Source of the DNA: Klebsormidium nitens
Taxonomy: Eukaryota > Plantae > Klebsormidiophyceae
Assembly (NCBI GenBank): GCA_000708835.1
Contig: DF237682.1
Location: 1 to 39,035 of the forward strand
Length of the DNA: 39,035 nucleotides
Direction of reading: 5' to 3'
Part shown: one piece after another, positions 9,801 to 21,852 of the stretch
Layout: each line of letters starts with the position of its first letter
How positions within the stretch are numbered: position 1 is the stretch's first letter
Made by a program: the position numbers and the translations under genes
The notes under the pieces: generated by a model
Databases searched by the model: none
Seen by the model: the letters and a program-made list of their open reading frames with translations, nothing else
Told to the model about the DNA's origin: nothing

Positions 9801-12800
9801 TCCCGCGCTAGCTTATTCGCCCGCTTCTCGTTATTACGCTCTTCCTCCCCCTTCGTTTCCCCGCTCTTCTTCCCCCCCCGGAGCGGAGTCCTCCCCCGCT
9901 CGCGGCTGCGTTGGTAACTAGTGGCGGGGACGTCTTTGCTGGTGACGACCTCCATGCAGAGGCCCCTGCCGCGCGCGCACAGCGGGTGGAACGCGGTCTT
10001 GCACGACTTGTCCTCGCACTGGATGCAGGCCCCGTGCTTGACCCGGCAGATGGAGCACCGCAGCTTCCACCGGTCCTGCAACCCAAAAACAGAGCCTCGT
10101 GTGAATCCCGAGACGCGAGATGCTATTTCGTCTCCTGTCGTTTCTTTGAGCTTCAACCGGGTTTTCGAATCTTAATCTTGAGTTATGAATCTTGAATCGC
10201 ACTGCTCAGTATGAAGATTCATCGTCAATAGCTCAAATTCGTGTCTCGTGGAAGATTGGTAACGGTCTTTTGTGTGCTCAAAGCGGAGACCAACCTCGGA
10301 AAGACCTCTCTTCTTTGCAACATCCAAACAGTAGATATGCTTTATTATCCGTGCCCACTGTTGACAAGCTGCAGAGAGTATACTTTCTTTGGAAACACCA
10401 TCAAGCCGATTTCACGTATGTTCTCTTTCTCTCTCACACACACAAAAACGATGTGGAACCTCTCAGAGAAGCAGCACCATCAAACTTTGGCAGCTGTCTG
10501 GGCCTCACCTTTCCGATGGCGTCCACCTTTTCGATCTGATGCGGCTTCAGCAACGTCTCTGCACACGCAAACGCATCATGTGAGCTATCGTCAAAACGTC
10601 CCACTTGCCAAATCATCACTTCCGTGGCTCTTCACTGGCGGCTGATTCGCCGTAGATGAGGAGAAGGTCAGGGCTACCCTCGGATCCAGATGTATAAGTC
10701 GTACTAGCAACGGCAAGCTGTTTTGCCAAATTCTTACTGCTGAGACCAGTGCCACGATCCCTGTCCGTACTCTTTGACGGGAATCATTCGTGCAATTGAG
10801 AATACCAGGCAAAATGACGCCGTTGACAAGTTCCGCGCAATGTAGCAGCTGAGTGGATACGACAGGCGTGTGGTACGGGAGGAAACGGTCAGGGACCAGG
10901 GTGGTGCCAATACGAAGAATGCAACCATGAATCTCTACTCATTTTCAGTGTCTCAATCATCCTTCAGCACTTTCTTTTCTTCCTTTCTTTCCTTCTTTCT
11001 CGTAAGCATAAAACAGAAGACAGTAACAACGTCCAAGCATCGCGGCATTCATTGGATACCGTATCAAACAGCCATGCTTCTTCAACAATGACTCTACGTA
11101 GCAATCAGAACCCAGCTGATGACCGTCTTTTAGGTTGCTAACCCCACCTGGGATCCAGATGGCGCACGTGAGGTGCGCCCAGCGGCCGTCATTGGTGGGC
11201 TTCATGGCGCCCCCCACGACAGGGCACAGGCAGCAGGGCGGGGGCTCCTTGAGGGCGTCCTCCTGGCACAGCTGACACAGCCACAGGTCGCCGTCCGGGG
11301 GCTCCAGCTCGCCGTAGCAATGCATGTGGACCTGCGGGGGCAAGCGAAAACAGCTGGCGGTTTGTTTTGGGGTTTGGAAGAAGATCAGGCCTTGCTTTTC
11401 AATGGCTTTGAAAGGATGAGAGGCAAAGACACCCGCTTGGTTTTGAAAGAAGCGTCCAGCAACTGCCACTGTGATAAAGGGCTTGATGCTGGTCAAGATT
11501 TCAGAGGACACTTAGATACTCACTGCACAAAAGAATATTGTTGGCCACCAGAGGAGCCTGAGTTTTGCCGAAAAAACAAGCACCGGTTTGGGTCTTAGGC
11601 CTATATGAGCCCGCGGAATTGCTTTGGAGTACAACTCTTTGTAGAGTCTCTCAAAAAGGCCTGCCGCTTCAAGAGAAGGTGGACACATCGGCGCTATAGA
11701 CTAATAAACATGTACACATTCCAGCCAGAAGTGCCTGCTTGTACTGCGAACAGAAGAACCTGTTCTATCGACCCGAAGAGCTTCCGCAACTCCGGAAGGA
11801 AGATCCCGTTCGCACCGTTCCCTGAAGGATCTCCACCCACAACCTCCGGGCCTTCGCACAGCACTAGAAGTGCATATTCACACCGCGACCAGGCGCCCAT
11901 TCTCACCATGACACGGCACTTGTCGCACTGCACCAGCTGGTTATCGTCGTAGTCCTGTTCGATGTAGCACACGGCACACCGGTCGTGCCGGAACGTCAGG
12001 TTCAGGGGCTGGTACGTCGCGGGGGGCGGCTCGCTAGGCGCCTTCGCTGTGAGGGGGGGCGCTTTTGGCTTGGCGGAGAGGGGCGTGTTCGGGTGGGCGG
12101 GGGGGTGTCCGTCGTGCCAGGCGGCGTAGTTGGTGCACCACTCGCGGGCGTTTGGGAGGGACTGAGGACATCAGAAAGCCAGTCTCACGTCAAAAATGAT
12201 ATGCAGACGTCTGCAAACGGTAATGTTGCGTCGCTCGAAGAACGGCCTTTCCAAGGTTTATTGACGCAGTGATTCAGAAGCTCAGAGAACAAGAAGACAG
12301 TGCTCCGACGGTATGGGTTTGCTAGCTGGGGGTAAGAGTGGGTGCGGGTGCGGAGCACGAAAGCCTCTAGTTTGGACTTTACTAGGTCAAGGCTTATCGT
12401 ACACTGAGCTTGTTCTTCAAGCAATCGCAAGGTACGGCAGTCAATAGCCAGAGGCACCATGCCGCAGCTAAGATGGGAGACGGCCGGAGTGGTTCGAGCG
12501 GATTTGTTTGTAAGCTCTTGACTCTTCTCAAGAAGAGACGGTGCTGAATATCACTGCAAGCTAATTCACCAGTCGTAGGCAGACGCTTCTTGTGGCGAGA
12601 CTTGATTTTTCAAACCTCGGAATGGCCCGTTTTAATAAGAGCAAGGGGATGCCGGCCCACCTCAATGAGAGGCACGATCTTGACGTCGGAGAAGCCAAAC
12701 ATGGACGGCCCAGATTTGAAGTACGGTGCGCCCCCCGCCTGGCCTAGCCGCTCCCGAACCTCGCCAATCTGCTGGGCGATGTCCAACCACAGCGCGCGCG

Positions 12801-15800
12801 TGTCATACCCCTTCATCTGCAATAGGAGAGAGGCAGTTCAAGGAAGATCAGAGGAGACTGCTCACTGGCCGGATATGAGGGCAATCCTGTACAAACTGAC
12901 AAGAAACCCAATATACGTGTCTTCACACAATCCTCTGGCGAGAGCAATCATCCAGCCCCGCCCATGCGGAAGACACGAGGGACGTTGCCACCCAATGCAC
13001 AACTCGCCAGTCGCTTGTCAGGTATACGCGAATGTCGAGCTCGCTGGATTGCCCACGTGATTACGTCGAGGTGCTTCTCTTAACACAGACGACTCATGAT
13101 CCTTCCCAGCCAAATGTTGCGGCTTAGCAGAAGATAATCAGATCTAGTGCCCGGTTGGGCAAAAGATACTCACTGGCGGGCCGTCTTCCGGTGTGATACG
13201 GAAGAGGGGCGCAGCCGCACCGTTTCTGTTCCCCGCTAGGATCTCCATTGTGTAGCTGACACGCCTCTCGGGATCTGCATGGGGCCAGGCGATTCAACTT
13301 AGACCGACGGTTGTATTTCAGATGCAACAGCCATAGAAACGGCGACGCGGAGAAAGCGGGTAACCTCAATATCTTGATGTTCTTGGCTTGCGATGGGCCT
13401 CCCGAGCATAGAGTAACCGCCGAACAGACCATCCTTCTGCAAATGCTATAAGCAGAGCGATCAAGTGCTACTGCTTTCTTCATGGCAAGCTTCTCCATCG
13501 ACGCTCCTGAAGTTAGCCGGCCTTTTAGCTTCTTAACCCACGTGAAAGACCGAGCACCTTTTCAGCTCTAAAATAACGTGACTTCTCTCTTACTGCAGTG
13601 AAGGAGGAAGAAGTAAATCAAGTGTCGTAAAGAGTTCCTGAATGTATAGGATATCCTTGCAGCTTATATGAGATGCTCGAAGAAGATGCGTCCGATGTCA
13701 AGCAGCGTCCCTTTACTTCAACCATCGACTCTTGTCACGCTCTTCATGCGCACTCTCGCCTCTTCTAAGACCAACGGATCCCCTTGGAGTTAACAGCTCA
13801 CTTTTCATGCTGAAGAACAAGCGGGTCGACCGAAACCCGACGGGGAAAATATGCGACGAGGTGTGGAAGTTCTTGGACTGGACAATCATCCCAAGCGCGT
13901 GCACCGTGAGCTGCGCTTGGCACTGGATCGGCAGTCTCGGCGGGGGCGCCGCGGGCTTGACCGGGGGTTTAGGGGGGGTTTTGGCGGGGGTCTCGGGCTC
14001 GGGTTTGGGGTGGGTTCGGGTTCGGGTGCGGGTTTGCGGGGGCTGGGAGGGAGCTGCTCTTCCTCGCCGCTGCTGGAGTCGTCAGCCGGAGAAAAGATGG
14101 CCTGCATGCCGGGGGGCAGCTGGCGGTGCCGCAAGTAGCTACACGGAACCGGATTCCGGTCAATATCTGGCAGAATCAGGCGTGGGAACGGAACTGATTC
14201 TCGTGCTTACCATTAGACATACCAGCAGACAGTGAGGGAGTGGGTAGTTCGTGCTGTAGGCAGTGTGCCTAGGTATTTGTTGGATGAGCACACAGGACGA
14301 TAGAACGCAGCTAAATATAGGGGTGGTTTAGTAATGACAAGCGGTTACCGACGAGGAGCAGTGGTAAGGAACGCTCTTAGGCAAGGGTGACGCGGAGAAG
14401 AAAGAAAGCGAGCATTGCTGGTCGGACCAGGGATTGACATTAGTCAAGCGAATGAGGAGCTCAGCACAAGTTGACCTTCAGGAACGCAAAATCTTGCAGA
14501 GGGCACGACTTGTCAGTTTCCTACAAATCCCAAAACACCAAAAGTTCAAAAGCCTAAAAGCCTGAAAATATAGAGTCCTTTACTTACGCTTCCGTTTCCT
14601 GGAGGGCTTGCAGGAAGTTGCCGGCCTTGAGCTTCTTGTGAAGCCCCTTGTCCAGCCCCGATTGGAACGTCTCCACCTGCTCGCCGCGCAGCCTGGAGAC
14701 AAGCGCGGGAGCAGAATTTAGCGATGCCACCCGATGCAAAGATGACTACCAGCTGCAGCTCTTTGTTATTGCTCCAAGTGGATCAAAGTTTGCTAACGAC
14801 CGTTGATTTGACGGAGCAGGGCATCCAGTAAGCGCTCGACCTGAGTGCTTAATACTAGATGTACAACAAGAACAAAACGTGTCGAAATGGTCGTTGACAC
14901 GAACCTAGTAAGTCCCAATTTCAGTGATGGCAGTCTTCCGCAGCAGTTGCAGTTGCGCTTTAGCAGATCTCCCGAAACGTCCTTCTTTCACATACGATTC
15001 AAGAATCATGACAAACACAGGATCCCTAGTCATCTTTCGCATTCTCCAGCAACGCACCTTCCGACCTCGCACGTTCCAAAGAACTGGACGGGAACGGTGG
15101 TGGCTGCCGTCTCGCGGGGGCCCGGCTCGAGCGCCACGCGCTCCGCCTGCTCTTCGTTCATCACCAAGCACGGCCACGGCGCGTGACCTGCAAGATCGTT
15201 AGAGGACTCTCGCTCCTTTCGGACTTGCATTGCTACAGATAGCCAGAAAGGCCCGCTGTGACGTATTGAGGGAGACGCGTGCTACTTTCATCAAAAGCTA
15301 ATTGAGACATTCTGTAATCGTCGAACGACACTTCAGGTGTAGGACAGTTGGATAGCCACGGGCTCGCCAGCCAGGGGTCGCAAAGGTGGGCCGCCCGACC
15401 GCATCAATGTTTGGCGTCGACACGTGTTACCAGATTCAGCTGGTTGAGAGTCTACAGCACGGCTTGCCGAAACTCGATGTTAGCACGGAGTATGCCCATC
15501 TTGGATGTGAAGCACCCGAAAGAGGAGAGTTTAGGAAAGAAGTGCGCTCTCGGCAACCTGTTCTTCTGCCCTTTGTGTTAGGGAAACAAATCGTGAAGCT
15601 TGACACCACGGCCCGCTCACCTTTGACCTTCCCCCAGACGGCGTCCCCCTCGCTCGGCAGCCCGTTCCGCCTCAGCTCCGCTTCCGGTCCTTCCGTTCCG
15701 CCGTCGCTCGACTGCTCCCTTTTCCGTTTCTTCTTCGCGCCCCCATTCGCCGCCCGTGGGCCGGCCTCCCCCTCAGTGCCCGGGTCTGTAACTAGGATGG

Positions 15801-18800
15801 GGTCCCTTTCCGGGAAGACCTGGATCTGGATGCGCTGGTCCGCAAGGTGGATGACCTCCTCGTACCCGTCCTCGTACAGAATCTGCGAGGGGATAGCGAG
15901 GAGATAGTCAAGAGGCTCTTTTCTTTCTATGTATGTCGAAGGATTGTTTCTTTTTACATCAGTGACTGTGTGGGCTGATTGGCCTGACGTCGAGAGAGCC
16001 GCTGGAGATGTACGTTGGGACTTGAGCAACTTCCGTAGTCTTTTTTATACGGTGTCGGGCCCCGAACCCTGAAAAGTAGACAGCATCACTTCCTCCCATC
16101 TTGCCTGTTAAGAAGCACTGTTAGCCACATGATACCCTTCTCAAACCACCATGGCACTGTAACCATCAACAACCGCACAAACAAAGACCACAGAGCGTCA
16201 ACGCTTCCCGTGTCAACGTCACCTTATGTGCAGCACGATCTTACCTTGTGCTTCCCCGTCTGGTTGTTGTACTGATAGACCACCCCCGGATAGAACGTGT
16301 CGTCCATCGGCCAGTACACCTGTACCAAGAACCGACCGGTGAGCAGCCACTTGACCGGTCCTTTAGCTTTCTAGGGGTTCTGGCTTTTAGAGTTGTAGGG
16401 TTTCTACGACTCCTCTTACGAGCATACATACCCGTTTGACCTCCTCAAATGCATCAAACAAAGAGCGGCAAGGGCCACAGGAGCTTCTCTCAGAGGGCAA
16501 ACGCGAAATTACAAAACAGCCACTCCAGCACAATCAAGGCAGAGTCACCGTTTCTTCACGGGAACTCTTCTTGTGGTCAAGTCACTAAGAGAGATCTTGG
16601 AACAGTACGAGCAGACCAAGTACCAAAAGAAAATGGTGTGTCCACTGACAGCATTCAAGTTGTGCTGCACAGACCAAACGCTGATTGACAGTGCTCTATT
16701 TACACAGGTTGCAAATACTGCAGATTACTCTGTTCCAAAAGCTACTAAAAAAATGAGCAGGCCGCACCTTGCACTTGCGCCCCATGAGCGTCTTTGGGGG
16801 TGCGTTCTTCAGCGGCATCCTGCAGCGAGGAAGTCATCGACTCTCAATCAAGACGGCGTGCGAAACTGCTGAGCGGGCGAGAGCCTCAAGACCAAGGCCG
16901 TTCTACCTGCTAAAAGTAGAGGCGCCTCCTTTGCAATTTGTAGACGCGAGAAGCGCATATCGAAACAAGTAACAATCTTCGACCCGTCTAGTGACAAGGC
17001 CAAACGTGAGCAGTTTCAATGAGCAACATCAGGCATTTGTACAGAGAACGGAAGAACGCTATCGACTTAGGATAAGACTACTGACAATCTCCAAGACGCA
17101 GGCTATTCAAAGTCCGCAGTAGGCACTTTTTGAGACAAAATACACACATCTAGAAGTCTGGGGGGGGCTGAAATTTCTCGACGACTCACTCGTGAAAAAC
17201 GCCTTCGTCTCTCTTCCGCTCCCTGAACGCCGCAAGCGCGGCGGCCAGGCTCTCACCAGAGCCACTCGCGACGTCGCTTGTCCTGACGTCATCACCGCCA
17301 GCAGACGGGACAACAGGGTACGGGTCCCTGAGAATCTCCGAGATGGTGCGACTGGCCGGCCTTTTCACACTGGCCTCTAGTCGCTCTGCCTTCGGTGTGG
17401 TCGGCGGGGTTTCCAGGCGGTGTGAAACAGCCGGAGGAGCCGGCGCTGAGCGGTCCTTCGTTTTCGGACGCTTGCTCGAAGCTTCAACCTTTGCGGGGCT
17501 CTTCAGCATAGGGGGGCGTGTTTTAGGGGGCCTGCTAAGGAGTTTCTGTAAGGGACTTTTCTGCGGGGATTGGGGAAGCTTTCGACTGGGTTTGGATAGC
17601 GTTTGGGTTGTTTGAAGCAGGGATGGGTTAGCGTTTCGACTGGATTTGGATAGCGTTTGGACTGGTTTGGGAGTCCCCTTTGCCCCCTTCCCCTTCCCAG
17701 GCGCAACCGCATCCTTGGCCGGACTGACTGGCTTGAGAGAGCCGATTCCAGAGTCCAACTTCCGTTTCTTCCCCTGGGGGCTGCCCGCCTCGGGCCCCTT
17801 CTTCCGCTTCGTGCCCCCAGGAGAGGCGACTTTTCCTTCGCTCTGAGACTGTTCTGCAACCCGTTTCGGCCGGCTTTTTGCGGGCTTGGCCCTAGGGGAC
17901 GCCCCTCCCAAGGATGCGGGGATCCGCGAGTTTCCGTTTGGCGGCGCTTCCCTTCTCTTTCCGCCGGACTCAAGCACGCCCACGGACGGAGACCCACCGG
18001 AAATGGCGCCGCCCGCTTCGAACCGGCTCTGCCACGCCAGCTTGACCGGCCCCCCCGGTTTCACCACTTTCCGGGGCGACCGCGGCGCTTTCGTGAACGG
18101 CGGCACGGGGCTCGACGGAAGCTGAGCACTCCCTTGCGTCCTACTCTTCCGCGTCTCCAATTCTCCGTTCTTGTACCTCCTCTTCCTGTCCAGAAGCAGC
18201 GCCCGTACGGCCTCGTCGGGATCCCGCCCCTCTTCGATCGCCTTCCTCCTCGCTTTCTTGGTTGGGTGGAAGCAAAACGCGCAGCACGGCTCTCCCGAAA
18301 AAGGGTGCCCATAGTACTGGCCCACAGTGGGAGGCCCCGTTCTCCCGCAATTGACGCATGTCTTCATGACGGGGCCAGCGCCCGCTACCGCTGGCTTCCG
18401 CTCACTCTTAGGCGTCCCCGGCGCGCGTTTCTGAGGCTTTTTGGACGGCGCCGGAGACTCCGCACTCTGGCTCGCCCGCAAGCAGACGTCAGCCAGTTCC
18501 GCTATCTTCTGCTCCTTTCCCAGCGGTGTCAGCCCCCCGCTTCGATCTGGCTCTGTGTCGGCCTCCGCGCATCCTCCCGTTTCCAACAACCCGTTGCTGT
18601 TGCCTTGCTTCGACGGTCCCGACCCCTCTGTCTGTAACAACCGCACCCTGTTCCCTCGCTGGCTGTCGACCCCTCCCTCTAGTTCCTTCTCCTTTGCAGG
18701 ATCGTCCTTTTTAGGACCCTCCTCCTTGTCAGTCTCAAACATGGCAACATCGTGTTGTTCGCCCCCTTCTGCACCCCTCTCTGACGCCCCTTCTCCAGCC

Positions 18801-21025
18801 CCTTCCGCTTTCTTCCGCCTCTCCATCCCTTTCTTCTCCTTCTGGCGTTTCTTCCCGTTTTGCTCCCGCTCCGGTTCTGCCTTCACCTTCCCCCTCCGAC
18901 CTTGAGAATTGGGAACATCTCCCTCTCCCATCTTTGCATCTTGACGCGCATTGGCTGCTCTTTCCCCACGATCCCGCTCACTCTTCCTTTCCCGCAGCCC
19001 CTCTCCTGGCCCGCTTGGCCTGTCCCCTTCTCCTAGTTCAGGAACAACGCTCGTTTCTTCATCCAGCTCAGCTGCCCACCGGGACAATTCGACTAGACTC
19101 CCGTCCGGTCGCATTCCCGTTACCTGTTCGCCAAAGTCCAGGACTCCAAGCTCGGTCCGTGCCCCCCGCCCCTCCTTCTGCAACCCCGCTCCCTCCTCCT
19201 GCCCACCCTCCGGCCTGCGCCTCAATCCCAGCCCGCTAACCCCCCTCGCTTCTTCCGGAGAGTACTGAAGCAGCTCATCTGCTTTCCTGCTGAGTTTCCT
19301 GGCCCTGACGCCTTTTCTAACAGGAGAGGCTGCCTGCTCCGCTGGTGCAGAGCACCTCTGATTCCCCTTGTCAAATTGCTGAAGCCCATCGTCTAATGGC
19401 CCTTCTAACGGCTCACTGAGGAGCCCCAACTGGGCTCGCTTAGTTTCACCATTGACATCCTCCGCTTGCTCGGCTTCGCTCCAATCGCCGATCGCAGCAT
19501 TGGAGTTTGCTAGATGGCCTTCGCAGACTGCGGAAGCCTCTACACATGTCAGCTTTGAATCCAACCCGCTAGGCGACGCCCCTAAACAGCAGCCTGGCTT
19601 TTCATCCCCGCCTGCTTCCATTGCTTGGCTGTGCGACATGGTAGCAGTGTCCGTCCATCCAACGGGAGGGCTCTCCACCCTTTCTCCCATGCTCTTTCTG
19701 TCAGTCCCGTCTTGCTGTACAGTTGGGGGAGTAACTAGAGTGGCCGGCTCACTACCACCAGAAAACCCATCAGATGTCGCAACCCGAGCAGTCGCAAAAC
19801 TCTCAGGGGATGCTGGGCTTTCGCTCGGCGGTTTCGGGAGGAAGCTTCGGCTGATCCCTTCAGCAGCGTCGCTGGCGGCCGGTCTCTCTGTAAGTGGGCC
19901 AGGCTTCGGAAGGGCCAAGACAGCGGCAGATGCCCCCCCCGCCACTAATCCCACAGGTCTTTCACTGGGCAAATCCTTGCAAGAACTCTCACTCCCATTC
20001 GCTACCGCTGGTTTCGCTCCGTACTCTTTCCGCTTCCTTTTCTTGCTTTGCTGAACGTCCGCTGTTGTGGTGGCCCCTCTTCCTCCTTGCGGCTGACCCC
20101 CTGCCTCTTCCGCTTTCAGTTCCCCAGATGCCGCTACCTTAATTGCGCCAGAATCCTCGGCACTAGCTTTCCTTTGCTTCCGTTTCCGTGTGCCCTCATG
20201 GATTGCTGCCCCGCTCACGTGTGCAACACCATTTTGCCCATTGACAACCGCGAGATTCGTTGGCGGGTGGGGCCCTGAAAGCCCCTTCTGGCCGGAAGCG
20301 CCATCCACCCCCATATCCTGGTCCAGGGTTCCGTCTCTCCCCTCCTTGCAGGCCCTGATGATCAAGATAGGTTGTGTCAGGTTTGGTTGATGAGTCAGCA
20401 CTGTAAGATCGCCAGTCACAAACTTGGGCAATGTGACTTAGAAGCGCCAATACTCGTTGGTCCCGCCTTCAATGTCCACTGCAATGGTGTTGAAGGCACG
20501 TCTAGATCAGGCTATGGAAAAATTCTGGACGCATCATTCAGTTAGGGCTGTGCCCACAACGTGTCTTTGGACAGGGCAACCTTGTCATGGGGGAAAGCAC
20601 CACATCATCGCGCACGCTTGCAGTGGTGCTGACAATCGAAAGCCCAGCTTCGCAGTCTCATTCTCCGCCCACTGCAATGTGCTCTAAAGCAGACTTTCTA
20701 AGAAGTGGTGGCTATGGAGTCCTAAGTTTTCAAACCCCAGCAAACAGGCAGTACAATAAACAAACGACCAAATTGAAATTCTGATTGGAGTAAGAAAGGT
20801 GAAGCGAACCAGAAGAATCCATCTGTATACAGGAGAGGGTTGAGGCTCAGCAAACAGGAGACAACCAGCTACCCAAATTTTGTTCCGCTCGCCAAGGGAC
20901 ACAGCAACTTAAAACTGCCGACCTTATGATGAATAAGGTAGATTCAGAACCATGGGAACCAACCTTGCAGGTGAAAAGAACGACTTCAGGCTCCTCTGCT
21001 TCAAGGGCCTCGCTTGCGTCTGCAT
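6847..21025 (-). CDS. ATX1: ATX1/ATX2-type trithorax histone H3K4 methyltransferase, ~2123 aa, 17 exons, with a 1-nt frameshift in exon 8 as sequenced
   Basis: Exons (minus): 21025-20964, 20354-17190, 16819-16768, 16319-16245, 15882-15621, 15187-15058, 14692-14588, 14138-13802, 13274-13174, 12816-12661, 12161-11907, 11331-11148, 10558-10509, 10075-9469, 9294-8831, 8154-7955, 7012-6847. Phases are all consistent except exon 8, which is one base short. Domains: Tudor-like ([11 protein letters not shown]...YEDG), PWWP (VWGKVKGHAPWP), FYRN/FYRC, PHD (CAVC...CDKC...HMHC), ePHD, SET ([22 protein letters not shown]-like EFTYDY) and post-SET ([10 protein letters not shown]). Confidence 0.93.
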
Positions 21026-21432
21026 TGTATTATCACTCGTTTGAGGGCATGATGAACTTGAACATTGCTTGAAGTCAATCATGTGAGCGATTGGTCACAT
21101 TGATGATTCAGCTTTTGTTCCACCATACTGAGCAAACTCGAGCAATTCATGATCCTGGCAGCGGCAGCCATCAGATGTCGAAGGGCCTCCCAGAATGTTG
21201 TGCGAGGACTGGCGGCTTGCTTGCATTCGTTTGAGTGCACTCTGGTCCTGGCCTCTGTACTCGGTGCACTTTCATTTTGCGCGTTTGGTGACGCACCCCT
21301 CAACATGAATATTTTGACCCGACTGGCCGGTCGGAATTCCCGAGAAGCTATTACTGCCTTACGTTCTTCAATGGCCGGAGGCCGGTTCATCCCTCCTTGC
21401 GTGAAACCTCCCGTGTCCTCGTAGAGGAATTC

Positions 21433-21440
21433 GCGCCAAA
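21433..21440 (-). promoter_or_regulatory. Candidate E2F site (TTTGGCGC) in the ~830-bp divergent ATX/PIF1 intergenic region
   Basis: GCGCCAAA on + matches the TTTSSCGC consensus on -. It lies between the two divergent start codons (21025 and 21853). This is a motif match only. Confidence 0.35.
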
Positions 21441-21852
21441 ACATTCGATTGCTCCTGCCAGAGATGGCCGTCGGCGTGAGCTGATGTTGATCAGAAGCAA
21501 GCAGGAAGCAGGATGCAGCTACAATTTGAGCAGGTGCAGGATTCCTTTGTTCTGGACGAGTGGAAGGGCGTCTTTTTTTGAACCTCAAGCTCTCCTATCA
21601 AGCTCTCCTTCTCGCAGGCCTGCCGGCAGAAGCAGATTTGGAGTCCTGGAGCAAAGCATTCTACGCCGGCTTTCTCTTTGAAACCAGTTGGCCAAGTGAT
21701 TGCACTGCATTTGACTCTGTTTCATGCACGTCCACAGGACAGTGAAGCTTTCTCGGCGCATGCTTCTGCCCCTGAAGAAGCCTTGCGAGACTAGACGTAC
21801 TGTCAGCTGAGGCGCATCAATCTCATTCTGATGACCTACAGCAAACCCTGTC

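Noticed and set aside
17343-20054. Many long + strand ORFs (e.g. 17657-18637, 19452-20054), and similar ones at 8632-10195
   Set aside because: They are antisense shadows of GC-rich ATX exons with no recognisable domains.
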